DNA of 64,000 nucleotides from a virus: IMG/VR virus record IMGVR_UViG_3300047481_001036; one strand, given 5' to 3'. The notes below the pieces were generated by a model. The model was not told the DNA's origin and made no database searches. It saw nothing but the letters and a program-made list of their open reading frames with translations. Made by a program: the position numbers and the translations under genes. Every line of letters starts with the position of its first letter. Within the stretch, counting starts at the first letter, position 1. This document shows positions 1 to 8,019 of this stretch, one piece after another.

Positions 1-203
1 CTCCCATCGGATTATATGAAAAACTGGATGAGTTGGGCTATAAGGTTCATGCTAGTTATTTTGAGCCAGGAATGTGCTTTTGTGGTATATGGACTGATGG
101 ATATGATAACTATATCGAATATAAGACTAAGGATATGATTCCTGTGGGTATTTGGAATGATTTTGATTGTGGGTCTTTCTTTGACGAAACGGTAGAAGCC
201 TAA
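1..203 (+). CDS. Partial (5'-truncated) phage protein, YubB/DUF1281-like ferredoxin-fold
   Basis: Open frame from the window edge: PIGLYEKLDELGYKVHASYFEPGMCFCG...EA*; the YFEPGMxFxG motif is typical of this family. Confidence 0.55.
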   Translation, partial: PIGLYEKLDELGYKVHASYFEPGMCFCGIWTDGYDNYIEYKTKDMIPVGIWNDFDCGSFFDETVEA

Positions 204-217
204 ACGCTTCCTCGCTC

Positions 218-354
218 TAAGTGCTTAGCCCAAGGGCACTTAGGGCGAGTGGCCGCGGCCCGCTGCGTCGTAATTGCTTACCCCACAACGCTTTGCATCA
301 AAAAATATTTTTTCAAGCAAATCCTATTGACAAGCCGATAATAGAGTGTAGAAT
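218..354 (+). promoter_or_regulatory. Paired 25-bp palindromic boxes plus sigma70-like promoter (module head, copy 1)
   Basis: TAAGT-N15-ACTTA-like boxes at 218 and 271; TTGACA 327, GCCGATA, TAGAAT 349. Confidence 0.75.
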
Positions 355-372
355 GACTGAAGAACAAGCAAA

Positions 373-457
373 CGCTTGTTGGTTATGTCGGGCCGAGTAG
401 CCGGTAAAAACGGTAGTTGATGTCCTAGGAAACGTTTTCTACAATCGGTCCTAACAA
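373..457 (+). ncRNA. Candidate structured RNA
   Basis: Nested stems TTGTTGG/CTAACAA and GGGCCGA/TCGGTCC with inner hairpins, directly after a promoter, no ORF. Confidence 0.4.
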
Positions 458-466
458 TACAAACAT

Positions 467-608
467 TCGTAGGTCCATGCTCGGGACTAGATAGGGTTAA
501 GCCATTACGATAAACCTACCGTTCGTTATGCGAGGTGGGGTTGACAGCGGGCTTAAACGCTGTATAGTAGTGCTTATCTATGGGGGATAGCGTCCCCACT
601 ACGATTCA
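467..608 (+). ncRNA. tRNA-like RNA 1 with expanded central arm
   Basis: TCGTAG/CTACGA closing stem, GTCC/GGAC arm, GGGGA-TAGCG-TCCCC arm; covaries with the 619-686 copy. Confidence 0.6.
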
Positions 609-618
609 TATAATTACT

Positions 619-686
619 TCGTGGGTTCAGCCATAGGAACTAGAGAGTCGATTAATCTATGGGGGATGGCGTCCTCACCACGACCA
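619..686 (+). ncRNA. tRNA-like RNA 2 (compact, ends in CCA)
   Basis: TCGTGG/CCACGA followed by CCA, GTTC/GAAC arm, TAGA/TCTA arm, GGGGA-TGGCG-TCCTC arm. Confidence 0.6.
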
Positions 687-699
687 ATACAACCAGTAA

Positions 700-812
700 T
701 CGTTCCCAAGAGCCAGACGGCATGAGTCATGAACTATGCCTAGGAAGGATTTCCGTGGGCGGTTTCCACAGTTCCGTCAAAGGGTAGACTGTTGGGCAAT
801 AGAATCGGGGCG
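700..812 (+). ncRNA. Candidate multibranch structured RNA
   Basis: GACGG/CCGTC enclosing GGCAT/ATGCC, GGAA/TTCC and GTGG/CCAC hairpins; CCCAA/TTGGG outer stem. Confidence 0.35.
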
Positions 813-872
813 TAAAAGATTCGCTGGTTTTTTATATTGACAAGCCGATAATAGATGGTAGAATACAGGTAT

Positions 873-958
873 GGCGAATGTAGTTTAACTGGAAAAACAC
901 TCTTCATACAATATATTATATGATTAAGACTTGATGGTTCGAGTCCATCCATTTGCCC
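873..958 (+). tRNA. Atypical or pseudo tRNA with an extended AT-rich anticodon arm (no clear anticodon)
   Basis: GGCGAATG/CATTTGCC acceptor, D arm GTTT/AAAC, T arm GATGG-TTCGAGT-CCATC; own promoter at 837-864. Confidence 0.6.
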
Positions 959-1148
959 CTTAATACTAGAATGTGTAAAGCATGACTAAAGAACAAGCGA
1001 TAGTTAAGATATTGAAAGTTTTAAAGAATCCTATGATGGTTATGAGTGTTTATAATCGGGATGAAGCCTTGACTTTAGCAGAAGAATATGGTATAACGGC
1101 TAAAGAGTTGATTGAGGTGTGGGCCGATTTAGCAATGAGGGTATAACG

Positions 1149-1343
1149 ATGACTTGGCGAACCGGAAAACCTATTGATATGGGTTATTATCTTTGTGCTA
1201 TTGTTGGTAATAATAAGCCTACTGAATTATATTGGGATGGTTCTGTTTGGAGTTATCAAAATACCGATTGGGAAACTCTTGATAATAATGAAGTAGCCTA
1301 TTATATGTATCTTGGTGATATTCCTATGCCGGAGGGTTGGTAA
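1149..1343 (+). CDS. Hypothetical phage protein (DUF551-like Trp-rich)
   Basis: ORF with SD GAGG; W..GKP..G.YL...W pattern. Confidence 0.55.
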   Translation: MTWRTGKPIDMGYYLCAIVGNNKPTELYWDGSVWSYQNTDWETLDNNEVAYYMYLGDIPMPEGW

Positions 1344-1906
1344 TGAAAGCCTATGCTATTGTTTGTGAGTACGGGGCCGCTAGTATTCATGAATCTATTG
1401 AGATGATTTGTAAGACTGAAAAGATTGCACGATCATATTATAATGATGCTGAGTTTTATGGTAGGCCGGTTGATATTCGTGAAATAGAGATTGTGACCAA
1501 ACCATATCAGAAGTCTCCTATCTACTTGAAAAGTATCAAAAGAAAAAAGGTTAAGAAATGACCGTTAACGAACTGGTTGAGCAGTTGAAAAGTTATCCGG
1601 GCGATATGAGGGTTCTTACTCTTGGTTATGAGGGTGGGTATCATGATATTAGGTTGGATAATGACGATATTGTGTTCGATGTTAAGCGTGGTGATGGGGC
1701 TTGGTATTATGGGCCTCACGAATGTGTGAAGTTTACCGATGAGAAGGTTGGTACTCTGTGTTTGATTGTTGGGAGAGGTAAATGATCTATCTTAATCTGA
1801 ATGAAATTGAAAGATTGTGTGAGATTGTGGCCGAGTTGACAAAGTTGAAGATGGGCGTGGTGGCTGAACTCAAGGGTACTAAGTGGATTATTGAGGTTAC
1901 TAACTA

Positions 1907-2233
1907 ATGGAATGGAATAACTCTCATAAGAATCCTCCAACCGAAGGCCAGAAAGTTTATTACTTTGGGCCACAAATCGGTATAGGAATTGGTTATTATT
2001 CTTTTAACGAGAATAGTTCATTTACTCCATACTATTATGATGACAATGGTGTGAAGGTATATGAGGATAAAGTAATAGAACTATGTCCACATGTTTTCAA
2101 GAATACTGACAATACTTACTGGGGGATCGTGGACGCTTGTGATGCTCCTTACTGGCTTCCTTACGATGAGGAACGAGCCAAGAGTTGGTGTCCGATTATT
2201 CCAGAGAAATATACGAAAGATTTGTACGATTGA
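1907..2233 (+). CDS. Hypothetical phage protein
   Basis: 108-aa ORF with SD GAGG. Confidence 0.6.
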   Translation: MEWNNSHKNPPTEGQKVYYFGPQIGIGIGYYSFNENSSFTPYYYDDNGVKVYEDKVIELCPHVFKNTDNTYWGIVDACDAPYWLPYDEERAKSWCPIIPEKYTKDLYD

Positions 2234-2356
2234 ATATGGAACTTAAAACACTTAGCGATATTTGTCCGTGTGGGGCGTGTGAAGTTTTGGTGTGGAAGTA
2301 TGATAATAATGGACTTATCTGGAACTTTTGCCAGAGATGCCATTGGTGGTATGTCG

Positions 2357-2482
2357 GAAATGATTGGTAGATAAGGACTTACGACCAACCCGGCGGCGGA
2401 AATTTGACCTAAGTTCTTATCCAACAACGACTTAGGATATATTAAAGATTGCTCTTGACGTTTGCCGATAATAGAGTATACT
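2357..2482 (+). promoter_or_regulatory. Paired palindromic boxes plus promoter (copy 2)
   Basis: Boxes at 2357 (degenerate) and 2410, 53 bp apart; TTGACG-GCCGATA-TATACT. Confidence 0.7.
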
Positions 2483-2487
2483 AATAC

Positions 2488-2580
2488 GGCAGGACAGAAA
2501 CGGGCCGCTGGCAGAATAACGTTAAAGAAGCCACGGTTAAATGCAAGGCCGAGTATGGCATAACCCGGTCTGTCTCTGCT
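2488..2580 (+). ncRNA. Candidate three-way-junction small RNA
   Basis: GCAG-GACAGA-CGGG pairs with CCCG-TCTGTC-CTGC; it is the only content between promoters at 2455 and 2632. Confidence 0.5.
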
Positions 2581-2618
2581 AATCCTACGGATTTGGCTAG
2601 AGTGGCTGTAGTCAGCGA
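2571..2618 (+). repeat. 48-bp fixed-spacing motif B, copy 1
   Basis: GTC-N4-CTAAT-N6-GATTTGG-N13-AGTCAGC. Confidence 0.85.
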
Positions 2619-2666
2619 AAGTTTAAAGGTCTTGACAAGATTTAGCCGATAAGGTATACTGGTAAC

Positions 2667-3149
2667 ATGAAACAGAAACCACTATATGGCGAAGTTCGAT
2701 TCCATCTTGGCAGTGGAAAAAATTATATGCATTGGCAAGTGCGCGTCAAGCAGGGTGGGCAGACTGTTGATGTATATTATTACGATCCTAATGAATATCA
2801 GTTAGAATTACGTGGTTGTAAACTTCGCAATCGTCCTAATAAAGCCAAGCAAGTTTTTGAGGCTGGTGTGCATGATGTGAGTGGGTGGATTCGGTGTGAA
2901 GAAACCATGCTTAGGAAAAGTTTTTATCCCATTTTACCTGTTGACAACCTTGAGCGTGTGTTTTATAATCCACTTCGTGATCCGCACTGGCGACGAGAAA
3001 GTGATAATAATGAGTTTATTTGGGACGAAACTGAGTATGCCACACTGATTACTCACGGTAAACAAGTTTATATTTTGGAAGAACGCGATTGTGCATTTGA
3101 CGATCTTAGAGAAATTGATTCAAAGTATTTAGGAGATTTTAAGGTATGA
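2667..3149 (+). CDS. Hypothetical phage protein (ATG close to the promoter, possibly leaderless)
   Basis: 160-aa ORF; ATG about 6 nt after TATACT. Confidence 0.7.
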   Translation: MKQKPLYGEVRFHLGSGKNYMHWQVRVKQGGQTVDVYYYDPNEYQLELRGCKLRNRPNKAKQVFEAGVHDVSGWIRCEETMLRKSFYPILPVDNLERVFYNPLRDPHWRRESDNNEFIWDETEYATLITHGKQVYILEERDCAFDDLREIDSKYLGDFKV

Positions 3150-3514
3150 TTAGTATTCAAGTGACGATTGCAGAGGCTATTGCTATTGCCAACACTGCGG
3201 GTAACGATCTGCATGATCGTATCGTGAAGAATATCGAGGTGGCTCTTGGTATTAACCAGAGTCGTGACGTTACTATTACTAAGATGCCGGGAGACAATCG
3301 TATTCCTTGCATCAAGGCTATTCGCCTGCACTCTGGATGGGGATTGAGAGAGGCTAAAGAGTGGACGGATATGTTGGTTGGGCGTTATGATACAAATATC
3401 GGACGCTGGGTGACTGGTGGTATTAAGAATACTATCAAGTTGCCTACTCCGGCTGCCGCCGAGGCTCTCTTGCGTGATCTGGTCGGTTTGGGTTGTGAGG
3501 GATATTTATCTTGA
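3146..3514 (+). CDS. Ribosomal protein bL12 (L7/L12) C-terminal-domain-like protein
   Basis: RIPCIKAIRLHSGWGLREAKEWTD matches the bL12 CTD pattern KI.VIK.VR..TGLGLKEAK..V. Confidence 0.7.
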   Translation: MISIQVTIAEAIAIANTAGNDLHDRIVKNIEVALGINQSRDVTITKMPGDNRIPCIKAIRLHSGWGLREAKEWTDMLVGRYDTNIGRWVTGGIKNTIKLPTPAAAEALLRDLVGLGCEGYLS

Positions 3515-3516
3515 TC

Positions 3517-3664
3517 TAAAGCCTTGTCCCTAAAGAACTTAGGGTGAGGCGGCGCGGCCCGATTTGACATAACTCCTTATAGCAAAACAACTTAGGAACA
3601 ATTCAAATAATCTGGAATTTTGATTCACGAACCGTCTTGACAATGACGATAACTAAGGTATACT
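3517..3664 (+). promoter_or_regulatory. Paired palindromic boxes plus promoter (copy 3)
   Basis: Boxes at 3517 and 3570; TTGACA-GACGATA-TATACT. Confidence 0.7.
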
Positions 3665-3800
3665 GATAGCATCACACGACAAGAGTGCCAAACGATCCCG
3701 AAAACAACAAAAGTTCGGATTGGCCCTTGACAAGTGATGATGTATATGGTATGATTACTTTACTTGGTTAGATTACACTTTTTGGAAAGGGTTTATTACT

Positions 3801-4052
3801 ATGAAGAAGTTTACGTTTGCTGTCGATATTGTCGCTGATGACCTTGATCGTGAGGTTGTGGTCGATTCGATCCGTTCGTGTCTGGCCGATGCTCTGCCAG
3901 GTGATGTTCATGCGAATGTCAAGGCTGGCGAGATCAAGGTGTTCTCGGAGCAAGGCTATAAGGTGTGGCGTGCCCGTGTGACTGGTGTGACTGCGGAACA
4001 GGCCGGTGATGCTCACAACGCAAAGGTTGAGAAGGAAACCGTCGAGGCCTGA
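3801..4052 (+). CDS. Hypothetical phage protein
   Basis: 83-aa ORF after the promoter at 3727. Confidence 0.7.
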   Translation: MKKFTFAVDIVADDLDREVVVDSIRSCLADALPGDVHANVKAGEIKVFSEQGYKVWRARVTGVTAEQAGDAHNAKVEKETVEA

Positions 4053-4095
4053 CCTTGACAAACTGGACTATGCCAGTATAAATAGTATTTAGGCA

Positions 4096-4276
4096 TAGTG
4101 CGGCGGGATTCGTCCCGCGTATGACGCTGGCAATACCAGCCTAGCAGAGTCTAACCAACTAATAACCAGCGTGGTTGCTGGGAAGGGGTCTGCTGCTAGT
4201 AATATAACGATGGTAAAGTGATCCCACCATCAAACCGTACAGCCCTCACGGGACGCCGTGTGGGCTTGCGGCATTG
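4096..4276 (+). ncRNA. Candidate ~180-nt multibranch ncRNA
   Basis: Five hairpins (including GCGGGA-TTCG-TCCCGC) closed by TAGTGC/GCATTG; lies between the promoter at 4055 and tRNA-Arg. Confidence 0.55.
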
Positions 4277-4281
4277 AATAC

Positions 4282-4354
4282 GCTGCCGTGGCCGAGTAGA
4301 TTAGGCATCAACCTTCTAAGTTGACTCACGAGGGTGCAAATCCTTCCGGCAGTA
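4282..4354 (+). tRNA. trnR: tRNA-Arg(TCT)
   Basis: Cloverleaf GCTGCCG/CGGCAGT; anticodon arm TCAAC-CTTCTAA-GTTGA; variant T-loop TGCAAAT. Confidence 0.85.
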
Positions 4355-4811
4355 TTAAATTAATATGATCGAGTTCCCAGTGATGATTAGGACATAACGC
4401 TATAAGATTATCTATGTTATTAATTTCTGATATTGTTGCAGTATCGGGGAAGGATGATATAGAGCGAATATGACAAACTTCGAAGTGATTATCATAGCCA
4501 CAAACAATGCAGCATTGTGGCTTATCTGAAGATCTATATATATTCCTAGCTAGATTTCTTATTCTGGAATTTTTTTGATATTTACGCTTATTGGTTGCTT
4601 CACCATATGTTATAGTATTCCAGTCTTTGTTCATGGGATTGCATCCGGTACAAAATTTACGTCTGAAAAATCCAGTTTCTTTACCACAAGATTTACAATA
4701 ACTAATTTGCTTTTTTCTTTTTGGTATCTTATTAGTAGTTTTTACTGAACAAGATCTAGAGCAAAATTTAGGATTATTAGTAGATTTTCCACAACAAACA
4801 CAATTAGCCAT
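4326..4811 (-). CDS. HNH homing endonuclease with N-terminal Cys zinc-finger repeats
   Basis: CxxC repeats; C-terminal CIVCG..EVCHI..N.IDNLIALCPNHH; 3' end overlaps tRNA-Arg in antisense. Confidence 0.85.
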   Translation of the reverse strand: MANCVCCGKSTNNPKFCSRSCSVKTTNKIPKRKKQISYCKSCGKETGFFRRKFCTGCNPMNKDWNTITYGEATNKRKYQKNSRIRNLARNIYRSSDKPQCCIVCGYDNHFEVCHIRSISSFPDTATISEINNIDNLIALCPNHHWELDHINLILPEGFAPS

Positions 4812-4869
4812 AATAATCTCCTATCTGAAGTTGCTACTACTTCTATATACACCAAAGCATATTCGATTC

Positions 4870-5006
4870 TAACTCTTTTGCTGGTAAGGACTTAGGACAA
4901 ATCAGAGGGGCCGGGTTCGACGTAACTCCTTTAGCTTCAACAACTTACGCCAAAATAATTTTTCCACAATTTTTCTCTTGACAGTGCCGATAATCTAGTG
5001 TAGAAT
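4870..5006 (+). promoter_or_regulatory. Paired palindromic boxes plus promoter (copy 4)
   Basis: Boxes at 4870 and 4923; TTGACA-GCCGATA-TAGAAT. Confidence 0.75.
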
Positions 5007-5027
5007 CACGAGACACAGGAGATAATC

Positions 5028-5732
5028 ATGAAAGTTGCAAACGGTAACGATAAGTTGGGCAAGGGTTGTTTGGTCGTTTCTCGTCCGGTTGGTGATACTT
5101 GTCCCTCGGATTGTGATTTTCTCGGTAACGGTTGCTATGCCGAAAATACTGAGAAGATTTATCCCAATGTTCGTCCCGCCGGTATGCAAAATCTTATCAC
5201 GGAGAAAAATCGTATTCGTGCTATGATTCTCGACGCCTTGCGTCAAGGTAAAAGTATCCGCTGGCATGAACGTGGCGATTGGTTTCTCAATGGCGAACTC
5301 GACACCAACTATGTTGATAACGTAGTCTGGGCATGTGAGAGTATTCTTGCCGAAGGTAAGGCTCTGCCCGATATGTGGTTTTATACTCATATCTATGATA
5401 ATAGGCTATCATCTATGGAAAAGTATATGGCGGTCTATGCTAGTATCCATGATGCTAATGATAAGGCCGAAGCGGTTGCCGCTGGTTTCAAACTCTTTGC
5501 ATGGTGCGATAGCGACGAGAAAATTGTTAGCAAGCGTCCGCGTAACAAGGCTAAGGCCGATGCTTGGCGAGCAGCGTTGCCGAAACTTGTTGTGATTGAC
5601 GATGCCAAATATGTTACTTGCCCCGAAATCCGTCGTGGTCGCGGAGTTGTGACTTGTACCCCCACAAAGGGTAGTGTGTCGTGTGACCTTTGTGTTCGTG
5701 GTTTGGCTAACGTGCTTTTTCCTTCTCACTAA
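5028..5732 (+). CDS. Gp88-like Cys-rich phage protein
   Basis: N.KLGK, TCP..C....CYA, IRWHERGDW, WFYTH, TCPE..C..C..C pattern. Confidence 0.6.
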   Translation: MKVANGNDKLGKGCLVVSRPVGDTCPSDCDFLGNGCYAENTEKIYPNVRPAGMQNLITEKNRIRAMILDALRQGKSIRWHERGDWFLNGELDTNYVDNVVWACESILAEGKALPDMWFYTHIYDNRLSSMEKYMAVYASIHDANDKAEAVAAGFKLFAWCDSDEKIVSKRPRNKAKADAWRAALPKLVVIDDAKYVTCPEIRRGRGVVTCTPTKGSVSCDLCVRGLANVLFPSH

Positions 5733-5735
5733 ACA

Positions 5736-5862
5736 TAAAGCCTTGTACCTAAAGAACTTAGGACAAGGCGAGCCGCGAGAATTTGTTCTAAGTACTTGAC
5801 GTCAAACGATTTAGATTTATTCAAGATTTTTAGTTGACAAAGCCGATAATACTCTGTAGAAT
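5736..5862 (+). promoter_or_regulatory. Paired palindromic boxes plus promoter (copy 5)
   Basis: Boxes at 5736 and 5789; TTGACA-GCCGATA-TAGAAT. Confidence 0.75.
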
Positions 5863-6052
5863 AGAAGCAATCGAAGGGAGAAAACTATGGAACTCTGGCA
5901 AATTGTCGATGATACTAAAGTGCGTCATGTATGGCGTTGTGCTGAATGTGAAGATGAAATAAATATTGTTCCGTGGTGGTATCAAGATAATGGTACTCCA
6001 GTTTGTGTAGATTGTGATGAAGATATGTTGTATCTTGGTACGGAGATGAGAA

Positions 6053-6628
6053 ATGCCTAAGTTTGATTATGTAGGACAATTTACTGATGGTGGAAGTCTG
6101 AATGGATTTTATAAACTTAAAGGCAGAAAATACGGATTTAAAAGTTTTCCAAATCAGAGTTTGGCTGATTTTTCTCATGCTGTGCAGAAAGATTTGTCTA
6201 GTTCAGATTTAGCCCCTAGAGTCTATAGTCCAGTATGCAAAATTAGGGTACCTAATTATTTTGCAGAATCTAATGGGCGTGGTGGTATCCGTACTGTTAC
6301 TCATATGGTCTTAAGTAATTGGGGGTATCTGACTGAAATTGCCAGTCCTTATATCTCTGATGATGGAATGTGTGAGTATGACGATGAAGTTAATGATCTT
6401 TTAGAGATGTTGTATAAATACTATGGCATTGACTATAGTGATAGTCATGAAGGCAATTTTGGTTATGTAAAACGTTTGGGTAAAAAGAAGTTGGTAGTAA
6501 TTGATTTGGGTGCTGAAGGAATAAGTATTGATGACGAAGATGAAAGGTATCCAAAGGTTTGTTGGGATGGTGCCGAGGATTATTCTTGTTATTGTACAAA
6601 CTGTGTAGAAAGATATAGCTATGTCTAA
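6053..6628 (+). CDS. Protein kinase-like fold protein
   Basis: GFK, APRVY, DSHEGNFG (catalytic DxHxxN) and VVIDLG (DFG-like) motifs. Confidence 0.6.
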   Translation: MPKFDYVGQFTDGGSLNGFYKLKGRKYGFKSFPNQSLADFSHAVQKDLSSSDLAPRVYSPVCKIRVPNYFAESNGRGGIRTVTHMVLSNWGYLTEIASPYISDDGMCEYDDEVNDLLEMLYKYYGIDYSDSHEGNFGYVKRLGKKKLVVIDLGAEGISIDDEDERYPKVCWDGAEDYSCYCTNCVERYSYV

Positions 6629-6866
6629 ATATTATATTAAATGTGGTACTCTAGAATTAATTTATTCTACTAATAAAAATCCTTTAGATGCTGCTATTAC
6701 AACATTAGGAGAATGTAATCAATTTGATATTCTAGATGAATATTTTTATATAGATGAAAGAGGATTTAAAGACTATGTAACAGCAGATAAAAATACTCAA
6801 GTAATTAAACTGAATAAAATATGTAGAAAAGCTGGTTGGGAAATTAATAAAGAAGACGAGTTGTAA
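6621..6866 (+). CDS. Hypothetical protein
   Basis: 81-aa ORF coupled to the upstream gene. Confidence 0.6.
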   Translation: MSKYYIKCGTLELIYSTNKNPLDAAITTLGECNQFDILDEYFYIDERGFKDYVTADKNTQVIKLNKICRKAGWEINKEDEL

Positions 6867-6989
6867 ATCTAAGGGACTACAGCACTTACGGCTGGTCCCT
6901 CCGCGTTATTCGGTTCTAAGTCTTTGTTTTTCAAGTACTTAGGAAAAACTAAAGAAACAATTGACAGATGCCGATAATTATGATATGCT
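6864..6989 (+). promoter_or_regulatory. Paired palindromic boxes plus promoter (copy 6)
   Basis: Boxes at 6864 and 6917; TTGACA-GCCGATA-TATGCT. Confidence 0.7.
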
Positions 6990-7011
6990 TGTTAGAAGAA
7001 AAGGAGAGCGG

Positions 7012-7269
7012 ATGATCCAGTGGATTGGTGTGATAATTGCATTATTGGGATTGGCCTATAATGGTGTAAAAGATTATCAGAAAGGCGATATAAAAATACC
7101 GCAACTGCCACAAAAACAAGTATTGACAAAACCGGTTTATCCTATACAATACTGTTTAATGGCTTATGATCCTAATTTAGACAAGGTTTTTTATCTTCAC
7201 GAAAACGGTCAATGGTTTGATTATGCACCACCTCAACGACGATATGCGACCCAAACGCAATCACAATAA
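7012..7269 (+). CDS. Small membrane-anchored protein
   Basis: SD GGAG; N-terminal hydrophobic helix WIGVIIALLGLAY. Confidence 0.6.
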   Translation: MIQWIGVIIALLGLAYNGVKDYQKGDIKIPQLPQKQVLTKPVYPIQYCLMAYDPNLDKVFYLHENGQWFDYAPPQRRYATQTQSQ

Positions 7270-7416
7270 AATTAAAATAAAGACTAAAAAGCCTTGGGAG
7301 TTGGCTACAGGACACAGAGAGGAACGTAATACGTTATTTGATAATCGTCCGAAACGTATGCGTACCCGTCGAGACATTGACAAAACTTGGCGAAACGAGT
7401 ATGATATGTAATATGA

Positions 7417-7492
7417 CGGGGAATAGAGAAGCCTAGCCGTTCTCGTCGGTCTCATAAGCCGAAGATCGTGGGTGCGAATCCCACTTCCCCTA
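7417..7492 (+). tRNA. trnM: tRNA-Met(CAT), initiator-like
   Basis: Unpaired C1:U72; anticodon arm TCGGT-CTCATAA-GCCGA. Confidence 0.85.
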
Positions 7493-7555
7493 CTTGTCGT
7501 GTCTACCCATGTGGATAGAGCGATCTTGACTCGTCAGAAATGGCGAGTCTTGCGG

Positions 7556-7627
7556 GCCGATGTAGCACAACGGTAGTGCAATTGATTTGTAATCAATAGG
7601 TTGAAGGTTCAAATCCTTTCGTCGGCT
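7556..7627 (+). tRNA. trnT: tRNA-Thr(TGT)
   Basis: Canonical cloverleaf; ATTGA-TTTGTAA-TCAAT. Confidence 0.92.
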
Positions 7628-7640
7628 TATTGGAAATTAT

Positions 7641-7850
7641 ATGGAAAAACCTAAAAAGTTTATTGATTCTACTGTTGGAACCCTAGATATTTTATCTAAG
7701 GGCAAGATAGAGTATGTTTTTATTCATACTGCTTCTTATTTAGCTAATAAAGAGTGCGATAAATTAGAAGCTATGGGTCATTGGTTAATACAAGCTGCAC
7801 AATATCTTAGAGAAAGCAAAAAGGAGAGCGGAAGTCATAGAGATAGATAA
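7641..7850 (+). CDS. Hypothetical protein within the tRNA cluster
   Basis: 69-aa ORF between tRNA-Thr and tRNA-Gln. Confidence 0.55.
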   Translation: MEKPKKFIDSTVGTLDILSKGKIEYVFIHTASYLANKECDKLEAMGHWLIQAAQYLRESKKESGSHRDR

Positions 7851-7853
7851 TAT

Positions 7854-7926
7854 TGCCCGATAGCTTAATTGGTAGAGCGGCTGACTTTGGATCAGCTGGT
7901 TGTAGGTTCGAGTCCTACTCGGGCAT
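7854..7926 (+). tRNA. trnQ: tRNA-Gln(TTG)
   Basis: TGCCCGA/TCGGGCA; GCTGA-CTTTGGA-TCAGC. Confidence 0.92.
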
Positions 7927-7929
7927 TTA

Positions 7930-8015
7930 GGAAACTTGGCAGAGTGGTCGAATGCGTCTGACTAGAAATCAGATGAGGCTAATAACCTCCGTGGGTTCGA
8001 ATCCTACAGTTTCCG
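7930..8015 (+). tRNA. trnS: tRNA-Ser(AGA), A34 anticodon
   Basis: Class II cloverleaf with long variable arm, G73; TCTGA-CTAGAAA-TCAGA. Confidence 0.9.
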
Positions 8016-8019
8016 TTAT

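Noticed and set aside
740-952. 70-aa minus-strand ORF, and ORF 8208-8393
   Set aside because: They overlap tRNA or tRNA-like structures and a promoter, and are better explained as non-coding.
2571-2618. Motif B as an integron attC site or sigma54 promoter
   Set aside because: It lacks the RYYYAAC/GTTRRRY inverted core and hairpin of attC, and the GG-N10-GC spacing of sigma54 promoters.
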